The position numbers and the translations under genes were made by a program. From Octopus sinensis (lineage: Eukaryota): a stretch of 64,000 nt of DNA. Of this stretch, positions 12,291-25,378 are shown in pieces. Position 1 is the stretch's first letter; the number at the start of each line of letters is the position of its first letter. The DNA is taken from contig NC_043009.1 of NCBI RefSeq assembly GCF_006345805.1, positions 7,564,001-7,628,000 of the forward strand. Direction: 5' to 3'. The notes below the pieces were generated by a model, which saw nothing but the letters and a program-made list of their open reading frames with translations, ran no database searches and was not told the origin of the DNA.

Positions 12291-12293
<3 letters not shown>
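11428..12293 (-). mobile_element. TA-flanked element with ~106-bp direct terminal repeats (11428-11533, 12187-12293); pLTR-like PLE derivative
   Basis: Both repeats are visible directly and the interior is non-coding. On the minus strand the repeat begins tcttgaCTGATGA. Confidence 0.6.
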
Positions 12294-12345
<52 letters not shown>

Positions 12346-12381
12346 GTGTGTTGTGTGTGTGTGTTGTGTGTGTGTAGATAT

Positions 12382-12417
<36 letters not shown>

Positions 12418-12810
12418 GCGCAGGAGTGGTGGTGGTAAGTAACTTGTTTACCAACCAAATGGTTTCGGGTTCAGTCCCACTGCGTGGAACCTTCTAGTAT
12501 GGCCTCGGGCCGACCAAAGCCTTGTGAGTGGATTTGGTAGACGGAAACTGAAAGAAGCTCGTCGCATATATGTATATATATATATATGTGTGTGTGTGTG
12601 AGTATGTTTGTGTGTCTGTGTTTGTCTCCCTAATATCGCTTGACAACCGATGGTGGTGTGTTTACGTCCCCGTAACTTAGCAGTTCGGCGAAAATAGACT
12701 GATAGAATAAGTACTAGGCTTACAAAGAATAAGTATTTGGGTCTATATGCTCGACTAAAGGCGGTGCTCTAGCATGGCCGCAGTAAAATGACTGAAACAA
12801 GAGTAAAATA
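12418..12810 (+). mobile_element. SINE family A
   Basis: Head, internal microsatellite and tail all match the 9271 copy. Confidence 0.9.
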
Positions 12811-12833
12811 GATTGATATACATACACACACAC

Positions 12834-12874
<41 letters not shown>

Positions 12875-13954
12875 TACACAAATACATGCGCGCGCGCGTG
12901 CACACACAGACGCACATATATATGTATATAAACACATCTAGTAAAACCCTTTGGCCCGGTGGCCATTGCAGTGGAACGTTTTCAATGAACTTAACATCTT
13001 TTTTGTGTGTATTTGAATTGCTAATGTTTTCCGCGCTGTAATTGTTTTCAACATACGGCTTCATACCCAATCATTTGCTGAGCAAATCCTCCTCCACAAT
13101 ATAGTTTTCCACAATCGAAAGAAACTACATCTACCGAGTCAATCCCAGTTGGATTTAAGAAACGCAACAGCATCTCTTAGGAATTATATTTACAATATTC
13201 TTCAGACTCATAACATTTACTAATTTTTTCACTGCCAAACGATTACAATACTAATTCTTGTTGCACGATAGTATTAAAAGCCTCACTTATGCAATTTCAA
13301 CACTCATTACAACCCCAGCAACAACTGACTGGAACCACCATTACTATTACCTCGGCATTTCCCCCACTCACATAGCTACAACAAAAGTCACTGTTGTTGC
13401 CAGCATTATCAAGAGAGAGAATAAAAGCTACAACAATAACGAGAACAATGATAACAAAAACCTGGAGAATAGCAAAAACACAAACTTTTTAAAACATTAT
13501 AAATGCACACAAAAAAATAAAATAAAATGAAAAATAAAATAAAACCACAGCCACCACTTTGACTGAGAGAAAATATTTATTCCTTTAACATAGGAAGAAA
13601 AAGGTCAGTTATAATCAATAAAATAAAACGTAAATAATAAACAGCAAAAAGTGGGCGAAAAAAACAACCAGTAAATAAGAATATATATTTAAAAACAAAT
13701 AGCGCGATGACTAACAAAAGGAGACAACAGAAAGTAAACGCGAAATAAATAACTTTCCAATACAATAACGACAACAACAACAACAGTTATTTTAACAACA
13801 ATAATAACAACAACAACATTAGCTGTTTCAATGTGAATAAGAATACAATAGCAACAACTGCAGCAAGAACAACAAGAGCAAGAACAACAATGTTTGGCGG
13901 CATGGAGAACGAAGAATAAAGCAACGATGTACATTTTACTAAAAGGTTCAATAG

Positions 13955-14034
13955 TTAATTATATTTTAGCATTGATCAGCACATACACATAGAGTGATGT
14001 GTCTATATATGTATATGTACGTATATATGAATAC

Positions 14035-14068
<34 letters not shown>

Positions 14069-14249
14069 GTATATAAATATGTATGTATATATGTATATGT
14101 ATATATGTATATATGTATGTATATATGTATATAGATGCATTTATATGTATGTATATATGTATGTATATATATATTATATATGGGTATATATACCAATATA
14201 TGGGTATATATACATGTATATATATATGTATGAAATATATACACGTATC

Positions 14250-14281
<32 letters not shown>

Positions 14282-14352
14282 TTATACAAATATATGGGTA
14301 TATATATACATGTATATATATATATATATATGTATGAGATATATACACGTAT

Positions 14353-14400
<48 letters not shown>

Positions 14401-14485
14401 ATATGGGTATATATACATGTATATATAATGTATGAAATATATACACGTATCTCTCTCTCTATATATATATATATATATTATATAT

Positions 14486-14525
<40 letters not shown>

Positions 14526-14620
14526 CGTATGTATATGTATGTGTATATAATATGTATGTATGTATTAGATACCTACATATATCTGTATATGTATATATAA
14601 TTGAAGTTTGTGATATATAT
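13955..14620. repeat. (TA)-derived low-complexity tract with ~100-bp higher-order units
   Basis: The unit atatgggtatatatacatgtata...gtatgaaatatatacacgtat recurs at ~14197, ~14292 and ~14401. Confidence 0.85.
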
Positions 14621-14704
14621 TGTGACAACAGTTTAAGCGCTACAACCGCACTGTATGCCGCATAAAGTCGGGCGTTAACTGATTGAATATAATATTATTC
14701 TGTA

Positions 14705-14737
<33 letters not shown>

Positions 14738-15178
14738 ACGTATATATGCATATATGTATGTGTATATATGTGTGCTCCTTTACGTAGGAGAATGTATAGC
14801 ATACCGCAAGTGTGTCTATAGGCCTATAATGCCTTTAATCTAATATGCGCATATAGATACTCGTACAAATATAAAAGCTCATATTTACGTATAATCTGCA
14901 GTCGCATACTGCTTAATGTACTGTTCTATAAAGTTCTATTCTGCACACACACAGACACACACACACGCACGAACGCACACTCACACACACGCACGCACGC
15001 TCACTCACACAGACACAGACACATACACACACAAGTATATATACATATATATATACATATATATACGTATATATATACATATATATACATATATACTTAT
15101 ACACACATATATATGTATATACTTATATATACATCTATAAGTACAAGCATGCATAAATTTATTTATACATATATATAT

Positions 15179-15213
<35 letters not shown>

Positions 15214-15430
15214 GGTGTGTGTGTGTGTATATATACTTATATGTATTATATATGTATATGTATATTTATATACATATGTATATATGTGTATATATGTATA
15301 TTTGTATACACATATATATCTATGTGTGTATTTATATATATATATATATACGTATTAAAAAATAGTGTACATTTAAACACAAAAGAAAATTACCCTTTAA
15401 CAGAGAATTTTTACATGCTAGAGAAAAGCG

Positions 15431-15496
<66 letters not shown>

Positions 15497-15499
15497 TAA

Positions 15500-16200
15500 A
15501 CGCATTAATAGTAACGACCGGACTAAATATAAGCAACACTCCATATCAGAAAGTATTAATCTAATCCAACGACGTTTTCCAACTACTACGACTAGCAGTT
15601 TCACTACATTTGCGATCGACGTAATTCTACGTGTGTTTACTTGTACATAACTCTGAATAAATTTTTAAAACTCTGAATCTAGCAGATCTTGCGGCAATAT
15701 CAGAAAATCAAAATATTCTTCTCATTGCTGTTCTTGTATTGACTTAGTAATTTATTGCGTTAAAAATGTTCACGTTAAATTATCCCTGAATTTTGTTTTT
15801 TTAACTTTGATCCTGCGTTTACATTTCTGTAGTTCCTTATCAGTCTCCGGAACATTTTCTAGAACAAATTCCATTCACTGATTTAAAGTTTTTAATTGAA
15901 TGTCGATTAATGTTTGTAATAGTGCTATATTAATATATAAATTTAGGACAAACGATTTATAGACTTGTTACAACTCCACACAAGCAATTGATCTTCATTT
16001 TTGCCTGTTGCAGTAAAATTCCACTGAAGTCAAGTTGCCCTTTATATTCTCAGGCTTGTTAAATAAAAATCTTTTAAATCCAGTCAAATACAGGGAGAAT
16101 CGATCTTTTCCCTTCTATGTATCACTTTTACTCGTTTAGACTAGACTACGCTGCTATTTGGGAGAGACTTGGTAGTGGTGAGGTGATTTGCAGTAATCCA
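15500..16200 (-). pseudogene. Possible decayed LRR-protein remnant (near-open frame)
   Basis: About 165 codons with 5 stops in one frame (LQTLIDIQLKTLNQ*MEFVLENVPETDKELQ...); LDLKDFYLTSL and QSFKNLFRV in neighbouring frames. Confidence 0.2.
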
Positions 16201-16225
16201 TTCCTACATATTAAAGGGTAAGGAG

Positions 16226-16560
16226 TCTGACCCCTTCCGGTCATGAATGACCATGGGTCTGCACCTAGAAAGTTACCCTCCGAGGCACAGTTCTGGGCAA
16301 GGTTGCTTACGAAAAAAAACAGTAGTCACCCGTGCATATCTGCCTCCTCTCACCACACCACCGATGTATCCACAGAAATGTAAAGGTTGATACAACTTGG
16401 CACCAGTGACGTCACAACTCATATTTATAGGTGAGTGACCTGGAACAACGTGAAATAAAGTGTCTTGCTCAAGAACACAACACATAACCTAGTCCAGGAA
16501 CTGATGTCACTACCTCATGGTTGTAAACCTGACGCTCTAACCACTAAACCATGCGCCTCA
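16226..16560 (-). mobile_element. tRNA-derived SINE (family-B-related head/core, different tail)
   Basis: gacgctctaaccactaaaccatgcgcctc head on +; core gtgaaataaagtgtcttgctcaagaacacaac. Confidence 0.8.
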
Positions 16561-16716
16561 ACTGAAAGATATTTATATTATTATCGATGTCACTAAACAA
16601 ACTGTTGGTTAAAATAAGTTTTAACAGCCACCTTACACACACACATACACACACACACAACACTCACACACTCACACACACACATACACACACACTCACA
16701 CACAGACACAGACACA

Positions 16717-16752
<36 letters not shown>

Positions 16753-16864
16753 TGTATATAGAACTCTCTAAATTCCCGCTCGCAATATCTTGAGCAAAGC
16801 AGTCAAATTTTCAAGACTTCATTTACCCAAAAAGGAAACAATTTATTGGAATTAATAAACAATT

Positions 16865-17160
16865 GGTACTCCGTCGGTTACGACGACGACGACAAGTGTT
16901 CCTATCAATCCGATCGACTGGAACACCCTTCTCGTGCAAGTGCTTGAATACTCCACAAATAGGAGTAGTCCTACCATAGTTTTCAGCGAATGCCACCAGG
17001 GTAGTCCACTGAGCTACAGGTACAACTGGTTTTTGTCAGCTATTTGAACAGGAGCGACGTGAAATTAAATGTCTCGCTCTAAGACACAACGCGCATTCGG
17101 GTATCGAACTCAGGACGTTACAATCATGAGCCAAATACCCCAAGCCATTAAGCCACATCA
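16865..17160 (-). mobile_element. SINE family B
   Basis: ggtactccgtcggttacgacgacg tail plus tRNA-like head. Confidence 0.82.
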
Positions 17161-17196
17161 ATAAGCCTTCACCAATAAATAGCCCTCTTTACCCGC

Positions 17197-17633
17197 TTTT
17201 TACTCTCTTTCACTTGTTTTTGTCATTTGACTGCGGCCATGCTAGATCACCGCCTTTAGTCGAGTAAATCGACCCCAGGACTCATTCTTTGTAAGCCTAG
17301 TACTTACTCTATTCGTTTCTTTTGCCGAACCGCTAAGTTACGGGGGCGTAAACACAGACACACAAACATATACACACACATAGATATATACATGCATATA
17401 TACGACAGGCTTCTTTCAGTTTCTGTCTGCCAAATCCACTCACAAGGTTTTGGTCGGCCCGTGGCTATATGACAGGCTTCCTTCAGTTTCTGTCTGCCAA
17501 ATCCACTCACAAGGTTTTGGTCGGCCCGAGGCTATAGTAGAAGACACCTGCCCAAGGTGTCACGCAGTTGGGAATTTACCCGGAACCATGTGGTTGGTAA
17601 GCAACTTACTTACCACACAGCCACTCCTGCACC
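17197..17633 (-). mobile_element. SINE family A with an internal ~67-bp tandem duplication (~17404-17535)
   Basis: gacaggcttc...aaatccactcacaaggttttggtcggcccg occurs twice. Confidence 0.9.
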
Positions 17634-17831
17634 TAGACATTTCTGGACAAATTTATCATCAAAACACCCATCCCAGAAATTATTTGTCCGTTGTTTCATT
17701 CTTCGACAAACAACTGTTTCTTCAATGAAGTCAGTAAACAGCTGGATCTTGTTTAACAGAGTTGACACCTAAACTGCTTAAAAAAACAATCTTCCAAGAA
17801 ACCCATTTGACCTTTCTTTAAGCATTCACCA

Positions 17832-17873
<42 letters not shown>

Positions 17874-18246
17874 TACACGCGCACACTGTTATGCATGACT
17901 ATATACACAAACACATACACGTAATTACAAAACATCAGTCGGGTGAAGAGACCTCGTATCTGGCCACTCCCAAAACTCACTCTTTGTTCAGCCTCCAGAC
18001 TCATGTAAACAAAATTAAGAATATTTTAATTTCTGACATTTTTTTAACAAACACCTGACAATAATTTACACACTCATACACACACACGCACGCACTCACA
18101 TTCACTCACTTACTCACTCACGCACAGATATATATCGAAATCCCTATATACAGTGGTCAACGACTTTAGAAATGTTAGGAAGAGACTGAAAGCGTCAGAA
18201 AGTTATAATAGCAAGTATTTTCCCACTTTCTGACATTTTTCTTATA

Positions 18247-18830
18247 GGCGTAGGAGTGGCTGTGTGGTAAGTAGCTTGGTTACCAACCACATGGTTCCGG
18301 GTTCAGTCCCACTGCGTGACACCTTGGGTAAGTGTCTTCTACTGTAGCCTCGGGCTGACCAAAGCTTTGTGAGTGGATTTGGTAGACGGAAACTGAAAGA
18401 AGCCTGTCGTATATATGTACATAGCTCCTACACGCATTTTTTCCTCTCCTTGTTTTTTTCTGTGTATCTTTCTGTCGAAGAGCGTAGGCTCGAAACGTAA
18501 AAGACTTTTTCTATTACTGAGTACTATACTAATACATTTATTTGCTTGTACTCCACCTGCCTTCGTCTTTTGTTTATTTTTCGTAAACTTTCCCTTTATA
18601 TATATATATGTATGTGTGTGTATATGTTATGTTTGTGTCAGTGTTTGTCCCCCCAACATCGCTTGACAACCGATGCTGGTGTGTTTACGTCCCCGTAACA
18701 TAGCGGTTCGGCAAAAGAGTCCGATAGAATAAATTGTAAGCTTACAAAGAATAAGTCGATTTGCTCGACTAAAGGCGGTGCTCCACAGTCATTTAGACTG
18801 AAACAAATAAAAGAGTAAAAGAGTAAAGAG
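18247..18830 (+). mobile_element. SINE family A interrupted at its internal TA tract by a family-beta hammerhead element
   Basis: SINE head 18247-18415, insert 18420-18598, SINE 3' half resumes after (TA)n. Confidence 0.88.
18420..18598 (+). mobile_element. PLE-derived element, family beta, with hammerhead variant
   Basis: tctttCTGTCGA-A-GAGC-GTAG-GCTC-GAAACGTA-aaaga at 18467-18504. Confidence 0.7.
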
Positions 18831-18844
18831 TATACATAAATGAG

Positions 18845-19140
18845 TGGTACTCCGTCGGTAACGACGACGAGTGTTACAGCTGATCCGATTCAACGGAACA
18901 GACTGCTCGTAAAATTAACGTGCAAGTGACTGAGGTCACCGCAACGACTTGAAATCTTAACGTGGCTTTCATACAGAATGTGACAAAGTAGGCCGTTTCG
19001 AATTACAGGTACAACTACTTTTTGCCTGCTGGTGGGAATGGAACAACGTTAAATAAAGTGTCTTGCTCAAGGACGCGACGCGCCGCCGGGAATTGAACTC
19101 ACGACCTTACGATTGTGAGCCGAATACGCCTAACCACTAA
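18845..19140 (-). mobile_element. SINE family B
   Basis: Tail ggtactccgtcggtaacgacgacg; head gggaattgaactcacgacc. Confidence 0.82.
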
Positions 19141-19202
19141 AAAACACGTTGTATACACACATATACATGCATTCACACATACATACATATAATATAGACG
19201 CG

Positions 19203-19233
<31 letters not shown>

Positions 19234-19249
19234 CACACACACATACACA

Positions 19250-19400
19250 CACGACATTTTTTTCGGGTTCCTTCTACTAAATCCACTCAGAAGGATTTGG
19301 TCGGACCAAGGCTATAGAAGAAAACACTTGCCTGAGGTACCACGGACTGGGAACGAACCGGAACTTGGGAAGCAAACTTCTTACCACAGACCCACGCCCA
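19250..19400 (-). mobile_element. SINE family A 5' fragment
   Basis: aaatccactcagaaggatttggtcggaccaaggctatag matches the family-A head region. Confidence 0.7.
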
Positions 19401-20297
19401 CTAAAATATAGAAGTGAAATGAAACCAGTGTGTGTGTTTATTATTGAGATAGACAATATGCAACACAATTTGTTTCAACATGCATTTTCGCATCAAGAAT
19501 GTTGCGAATAAAACACAAAAGCAAAATTATTTTTAAAGTTGTACATGTCTAAGGAATACTCAACCGCCTTTTTATTAATTCAGGAGAGAATAATTTCGTT
19601 GATGAAATTAGTGAACCTTCACCGCAATTGAGGGAATTGCACCATCACCATCACCACCGCTGCCGCCAACACCTCCACCCCCACACCCACCACCACCACC
19701 ACCACCCCTCATCCTCGTCGTCCTCCTCCCCCACCCCCACCGCCGCCGCCGCCGCCACCACCACCACGACCACGACCACCACCACCACCACCACTACCAC
19801 CACCACCACCACAACACCAATACTCACAGCAACGCTATCAACATATATCCTCACCAGCACGCTATTATATATATATATATATACACACACACGTACATCT
19901 GTATATATAATTTTATTATATTATCTCCAAATACATAAGTTTAATGCGTCTTAAATTGTTCATATTGTGATGCCGTATTCGCAAACTTTGCAAATTACTA
20001 GCAGATATATGCAAATTAGAACATCCATATGTCAGTTAAGTACCTTTTCTATATGGTTACAAGCTGTTTATTCGCCCTAACGAGTTAGCTCCGATGAGGC
20101 ATTTAAATGTGTTGAAAATTGGAATAATATCAAAACCCGCAAACATGGTGATTATCTCCTGCGTTTAACTTTATAAAACGAGGTGTTATTCCAAACAAAT
20201 ACAAAGCATTCGGCATTGCTGTGAATGTTTTAATCTGTTAATCTCCTGTTTTCCTCTTAGTCGTAAGCTAACGCCGATATGCATATTAAGAAGACCT

Positions 20298-20704
20298 GGA
20301 TCTTTTCGGTTTGAACGGCAGTTTTTAACATAATTTCTAGGTAACTAAAACATTTTAAACTTCATATACTGGTAGAATGTGTTTATAAAATATCTTTTTC
20401 TCTTGGCTTTATTGAGAAAATTCTATGGTTTGTAAGATATTTGTTGTTTTTTTCTTCAGTTTCTGCAATTTCAACCAATCAATGACGTCCATTGAGGTAA
20501 AAAAAACATTCTGTACCGTATGAATATGTCCCTCGTTTAAGAAACAGATTGGGTATATTTACATTTGTGAAGAAAAAAAGATACCCTTCCACCACCCCTA
20601 ACCCTAACCTTAGCCCTAACCCTAAAACAGATTGAAATGCAATAGATCGATACTAGGGTCATAATTATGGGGGACAATTTCATATGACACCGTTAGAAAA
20701 AACT
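20298..20704 (+). mobile_element. MITE-like element with internal telomere-like (CCCTAA)n; right end apparently truncated by a SINE
   Basis: Left end ggatcttttcggtttgaacggcagttttt; right end aaaaaact is complementary to part of it. ccctaaccctaaccttagccctaaccctaa at 20596-20625. Confidence 0.55.
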
Positions 20705-20915
20705 TGTGGGTAGTAAAGAAATAGGTATTTCGTCTGCTGCTACGTTCTGAGTTCAAATTCCGCCGAGGTCGACTTTGCCTTTCATTCTTTAGGGGTCGAT
20801 AAATTAAGTACCAGTTACGCACTGGGGTCGATGTAATCGACTTAATCCCTATGTCTGTGCTTGTTTGTCTCGTCTATGTTTAGTCCCTTGTGGGCAAAAA
20901 GAAATAAGAAATAAG
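20705..20915 (+). mobile_element. SINE family C, circularly permuted copy (tail precedes a truncated body)
   Basis: ttgtgggtagtaaagaaatag at the start and ttgtgggcaaaaagaaataag at the end. Confidence 0.8.
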
Positions 20916-21429
20916 GAAGACCAGTAGATTAAGTAATCTACGGAAGGAAATGTTAAACGGTGAAATAGATACGGATGCACAGTAAAAGCAAAAGACGAGA
21001 TAGAATAGGAAATTAGGAGATTGTCTGACAAAATGTTTTGGATCAGACAGCGGAATTTCTAAATTTTCTATGCTGTTGTCATACATGAGTGAAAGAAGTA
21101 TACCTTCTTTTATAACATGTCCACTGTCCACTTCAGTCCATGGACGTTCTTCAACAAGTCCATTCTAATAGTTCTATACTTTATCCGTTCTTCTCACTAA
21201 CATTCTCTGTCACCATCTTGTTTTCGCTCCTTTTGCTTTAACTTCTCTCCTTCGCTTCCCATCTCACTCACTCTATCTCTCTCTCTCTCTATCTCTCTTT
21301 TTCTTTCTGTCTGTGTCTCTGTTTCCCTCTCTCTCTTTCTCTCTCTCTCACTCGTCTCTTTAGTTTGAAAAACTCTACATTACCGGAGCTCTTAAGCTAC
21401 TTTGAAAACAAAGCCACAAATCTCTAGCT

Positions 21430-21840
21430 CTCGAAAATGGCTACGTCTACACCAATTAACATGGCAGACTTTGATTGGTGAACAATTTATCACCTTTCTG
21501 CTGTATAAAAATCTCAAAATCTAATTCCCACATTTGTCAGTTGCCTTGCGGTGTTGTTCGAATTCAAACCCTCTATTTAATTTGTTCCAAGGACATTTCT
21601 TGCTCGTAATCGTTTGCCTACGTTATTAGACACGACATGCCATTGACCTGAGCGAAATACGTGCTGGCATATTGGACTTGCAACCTATTACAAGAGTCTT
21701 TATAATCGACCTCTTGGTTTACTCTGAAGTTTTTCACTCTTTCTATTCAATATATAACCTTGTCTTCTTGGGTAGACTGTTAGGAAATACAAGAATATTA
21801 AGCATTAGAAAGATTCTTACAGACTGCATCGAAACTTTAA
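21430..21840 (+). pseudogene. Possible decayed LRR-like coding remnant
   Basis: FLARNRLPTL in one frame, and an open frame AIDLSEIRAGILDL...EVFHSFYSIYNLVFLGRLLGN in another. Resemblance by eye only. Confidence 0.2.
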
Positions 21841-22097
21841 ACACATACACACACACAGACAGACACATAAATACGCACACTCAAACAAACACTACATACA
21901 GACCTATATACACACACCTTTACAAACTTACGCACACAACACATGCAGTAATTTACACACAGATACACACACACATGTACATAGATATGCATATATCTCC
22001 GTAAATATGCACACACTCACACACATACACGCGTACACACATTAGAGATATAGATATCTATCCTTTTATATATGAATGGTGTGTATATATGTATATA

Positions 22098-22151
<54 letters not shown>

Positions 22152-22451
22152 GATATTTATATGTATGGTATGTATGCATACATGCACCGCATGCCGTATG
22201 CAGTATGTATGTATGAACGAATGAATATAGTGATGTACACGTTTAAACACGCGCATAAAATACACGTAAACTTAGAATTTACTGATAGAGTTGTAATGGC
22301 GTATCTTGTCTAAACATATAACCTCGTACACACGGATGTCTTAGTATATATATATAAATATATATACATTTACATACATACAATATATATATATATAAAT
22401 AAAATATATATATACATATATATATGTATAGTAATATATATATATATTATC

Positions 22452-22484
<33 letters not shown>

Positions 22485-22701
22485 GATGTAGTATGTATGA
22501 TATATAAACACGTATATTTATGTACATATTCGGGCAAGGTGTGGCGCTCTGCATGTCGGAGCTGATGATCCCTCTGTTTCACTGTGTGATATTGTGTTTG
22601 AATCTACCTCTGTAGTTATTCATGAGAATATATTAAATGTGTGTCTGTGTGTGTCTGAATGTATGTTATATGTGTGTGTATGTATATTATATATATATAT
22701 A

Positions 22702-22776
<75 letters not shown>

Positions 22777-23033
22777 AATATATATATATAATATATATTT
22801 ATAGTTGAATACATGTGTGCATATGTGACTATAGGTGTAAGTATATGCCTGTTATTGGCGTGTATGTGTGTCTGTGTGTGTATGCATGTGTGTATGTGCA
22901 TGTGTTTGAGTGTGCGTTGCGTTGCGTGAGTAGGTGTCTGTGTGTGTGTGTGAATGTAGGCGAATTGTAGGCGAACGTGCGTACGCATGTGTATATGTAT
23001 AGGCATGTGTATATGCGTGTGCGTCTGTTTGTG

Positions 23034-23071
<38 letters not shown>

Positions 23072-23204
23072 ACCGAGTACTAGATAATGTCATTGTTTCG
23101 GGAAATTAAATTATCCAGTTAATGTATTTTTTTGAAAAAACCAAAGTGAATCCCTGAATTGAGATGTGAGAAACATTGAGAGCCACAATTCCTCAACTTC
23201 ACCC

Positions 23205-23276
23205 ATTATAATCACCTGCACAAGCATCATGATCATCATCGCCATGATGATAATGATGATGATCACCATCGTCATC

Positions 23277-23326
<50 letters not shown>

Positions 23327-23414
23327 CACCATCACTATCATAATCATCATCATCATCTTCATCATCACCACCATCATCATCATCATCACCATCACCATCA
23401 TCATCACCATCATC

Positions 23415-23445
<31 letters not shown>

Positions 23446-24260
23446 CATCATCATCATCATCATCACCATCATCAACATCATCATCACCATCACCATCACC
23501 ATCATCAGCATCATCATTATCATCACTACCAGCTCCACTACCACCACCACCACCACCGCTGCCGCCGCCTCCACCACCACCGCAACCACCACTGCCAGCA
23601 CCGCCGCCGCCGCCACCACCAACACCATCAACTTCATCATTATGAGCAGCATCACTATCGCCGCCGCTCCTACAGTGTTATCCTCCACCGTCGTCATTAC
23701 CACTACCACCTTCGCCATAACCGTGAACACAGCTTCTACTGCTATCGTGACTACTCTCATCACAACCGCCATCACCACTATTAGACAAACGTGAACACCA
23801 CCATCATCCTGGCCGTCACTACCAATACCACAAACAAAATAAAACCACCACCTCAACCACCACCACAAGCACTTTAACCACCAGCTCCACCACCGCCTCC
23901 ACCACAAGGATCACCACGATCGCCACCAGCACCACTACTACAATTTGAATCACCACCATCATCACCACAAACAAAGCCACCACCTCCACGATCACCACCA
24001 CCACTACCACCACCACTCACACACACACACAACCAAAGCCGCCACCTACATACTCTACCACGATCACCACGACGACGACCACCACTACCACCACTAAAAC
24101 CACCACCACCACCACCCCTACCACCATGAAAATCTTTACCGTCACCAAAAGCACCATCACTGTTACCACTAACATCACCACCCCACCACTACCATCACAG
24201 CATCCTCTAAAATGCTTACCACATTCACACACAATCTGACCATGACCACCACCACGAATG
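23205..24260. repeat. ~1-kb degenerate (CAT)n/(CAC)n trinucleotide array
   Basis: Directly visible. Confidence 0.95.
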
Positions 24261-24563
24261 CCATATTTATCGCCGCCGTACGTTCACTGTCACTAACACC
24301 ACTAACCTTTAGTCTACCACTAACAACAGCACATAACACTTAGGGCAAAAGTAGCAAGGATCGATCCCACAAAGGTACATCTAAGTGATTACTCACTCTA
24401 ATTAACATCAGTCCCCGCCAATCACAATCCGTTCTAGTAGTGGCCTGGTTTGTTAAAATTCTGGGCCCACGTTTTGAGCGAATTGCTCAAACGCAAGTAA
24501 GATTTCAGATAAGCGGAAAGAAAAGCGAAATTTCATTCAGCCGTCATTAATAAACGTACTTAC

Positions 24564-24626
24564 GAATAGGTGAAACAAGCAGTTGGTGAAACAGGCCTTT
24601 GAGAGATCGCGTTCTTGATTGCCTTC
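24564..24626 (-). CDS. Candidate exon fragment running into the assembly gap
   Basis: All three minus frames are open over the 63 visible nt (phase 0: EGNQERDLSKACFTNCLFHLF), followed by a consensus donor TTC|GTAAGT (24563-24558), in non-repetitive sequence. Confidence 0.3.
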
Positions 24627-24726
24627 NNNNNNNNNNNNNNNNNNNNNNNNNNNNNNNNNNNNNNNNNNNNNNNNNNNNNNNNNNNNNNNNNNNNNNNNNN
24701 NNNNNNNNNNNNNNNNNNNNNNNNNN
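24627..24726. other. Assembly gap (100 N)
   Basis: Run of N. Confidence 1.
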
Positions 24727-25310
24727 GCATACATTCTTTATATGTATATAAATACACCTATCCATACAGCGCAATATATATATATATATATATATATCTA
24801 TATATATATATCTATAGATATATATCCAGAGAGAGAAGAGAGAGGGGAGATAGTAAGACGACGAGGACGTAGAGGGAGTGAAGATCTGTAGGAGAGTAGT
24901 AGAGAGATTTTTTTCTCGAAATTTCCAAATAATATAGACAGCAGCGTTTCCTTTGAAGCAAAGAATCGAATTTATGTTATTTGCTGTGTAGGCTCAATAT
25001 TGAAGTTATTCCTTCTCGTTCAATTCATTTTCTTCTATTTTTCACAAGTGATTAAGTTTCAACGCGATGCATTGTCACTATATTGAATGAAATAGGAAAG
25101 AAAGAAAAAGAAAGAAAAAAGAAAAAGAAAAAGAGAAGAAAAGAAGAAAAGAAACAAACAGAAACAACAACAATAACAACAAAGAAACAGAAAGAAACAA
25201 AGACACCAATAATGATCTTCATATGTACATACATATCGACATACATACGTACATATACATATACATACACAAACACAAACATACATGCATATACTTATAC
25301 ACACATACAT

Positions 25311-25378
<68 letters not shown>

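Noticed and set aside
20880-21190. Kinase subdomain XI-like reading (EERPWTEVD...NLEIPLSDP) on the minus strand
   Set aside because: No upstream DxWSxG motif, a purine-rich acceptor, and similarity too weak to call.
22555-22590. CTGATGA followed by a short stem
   Set aside because: No GAAA or cleavage triplet downstream on the same strand.
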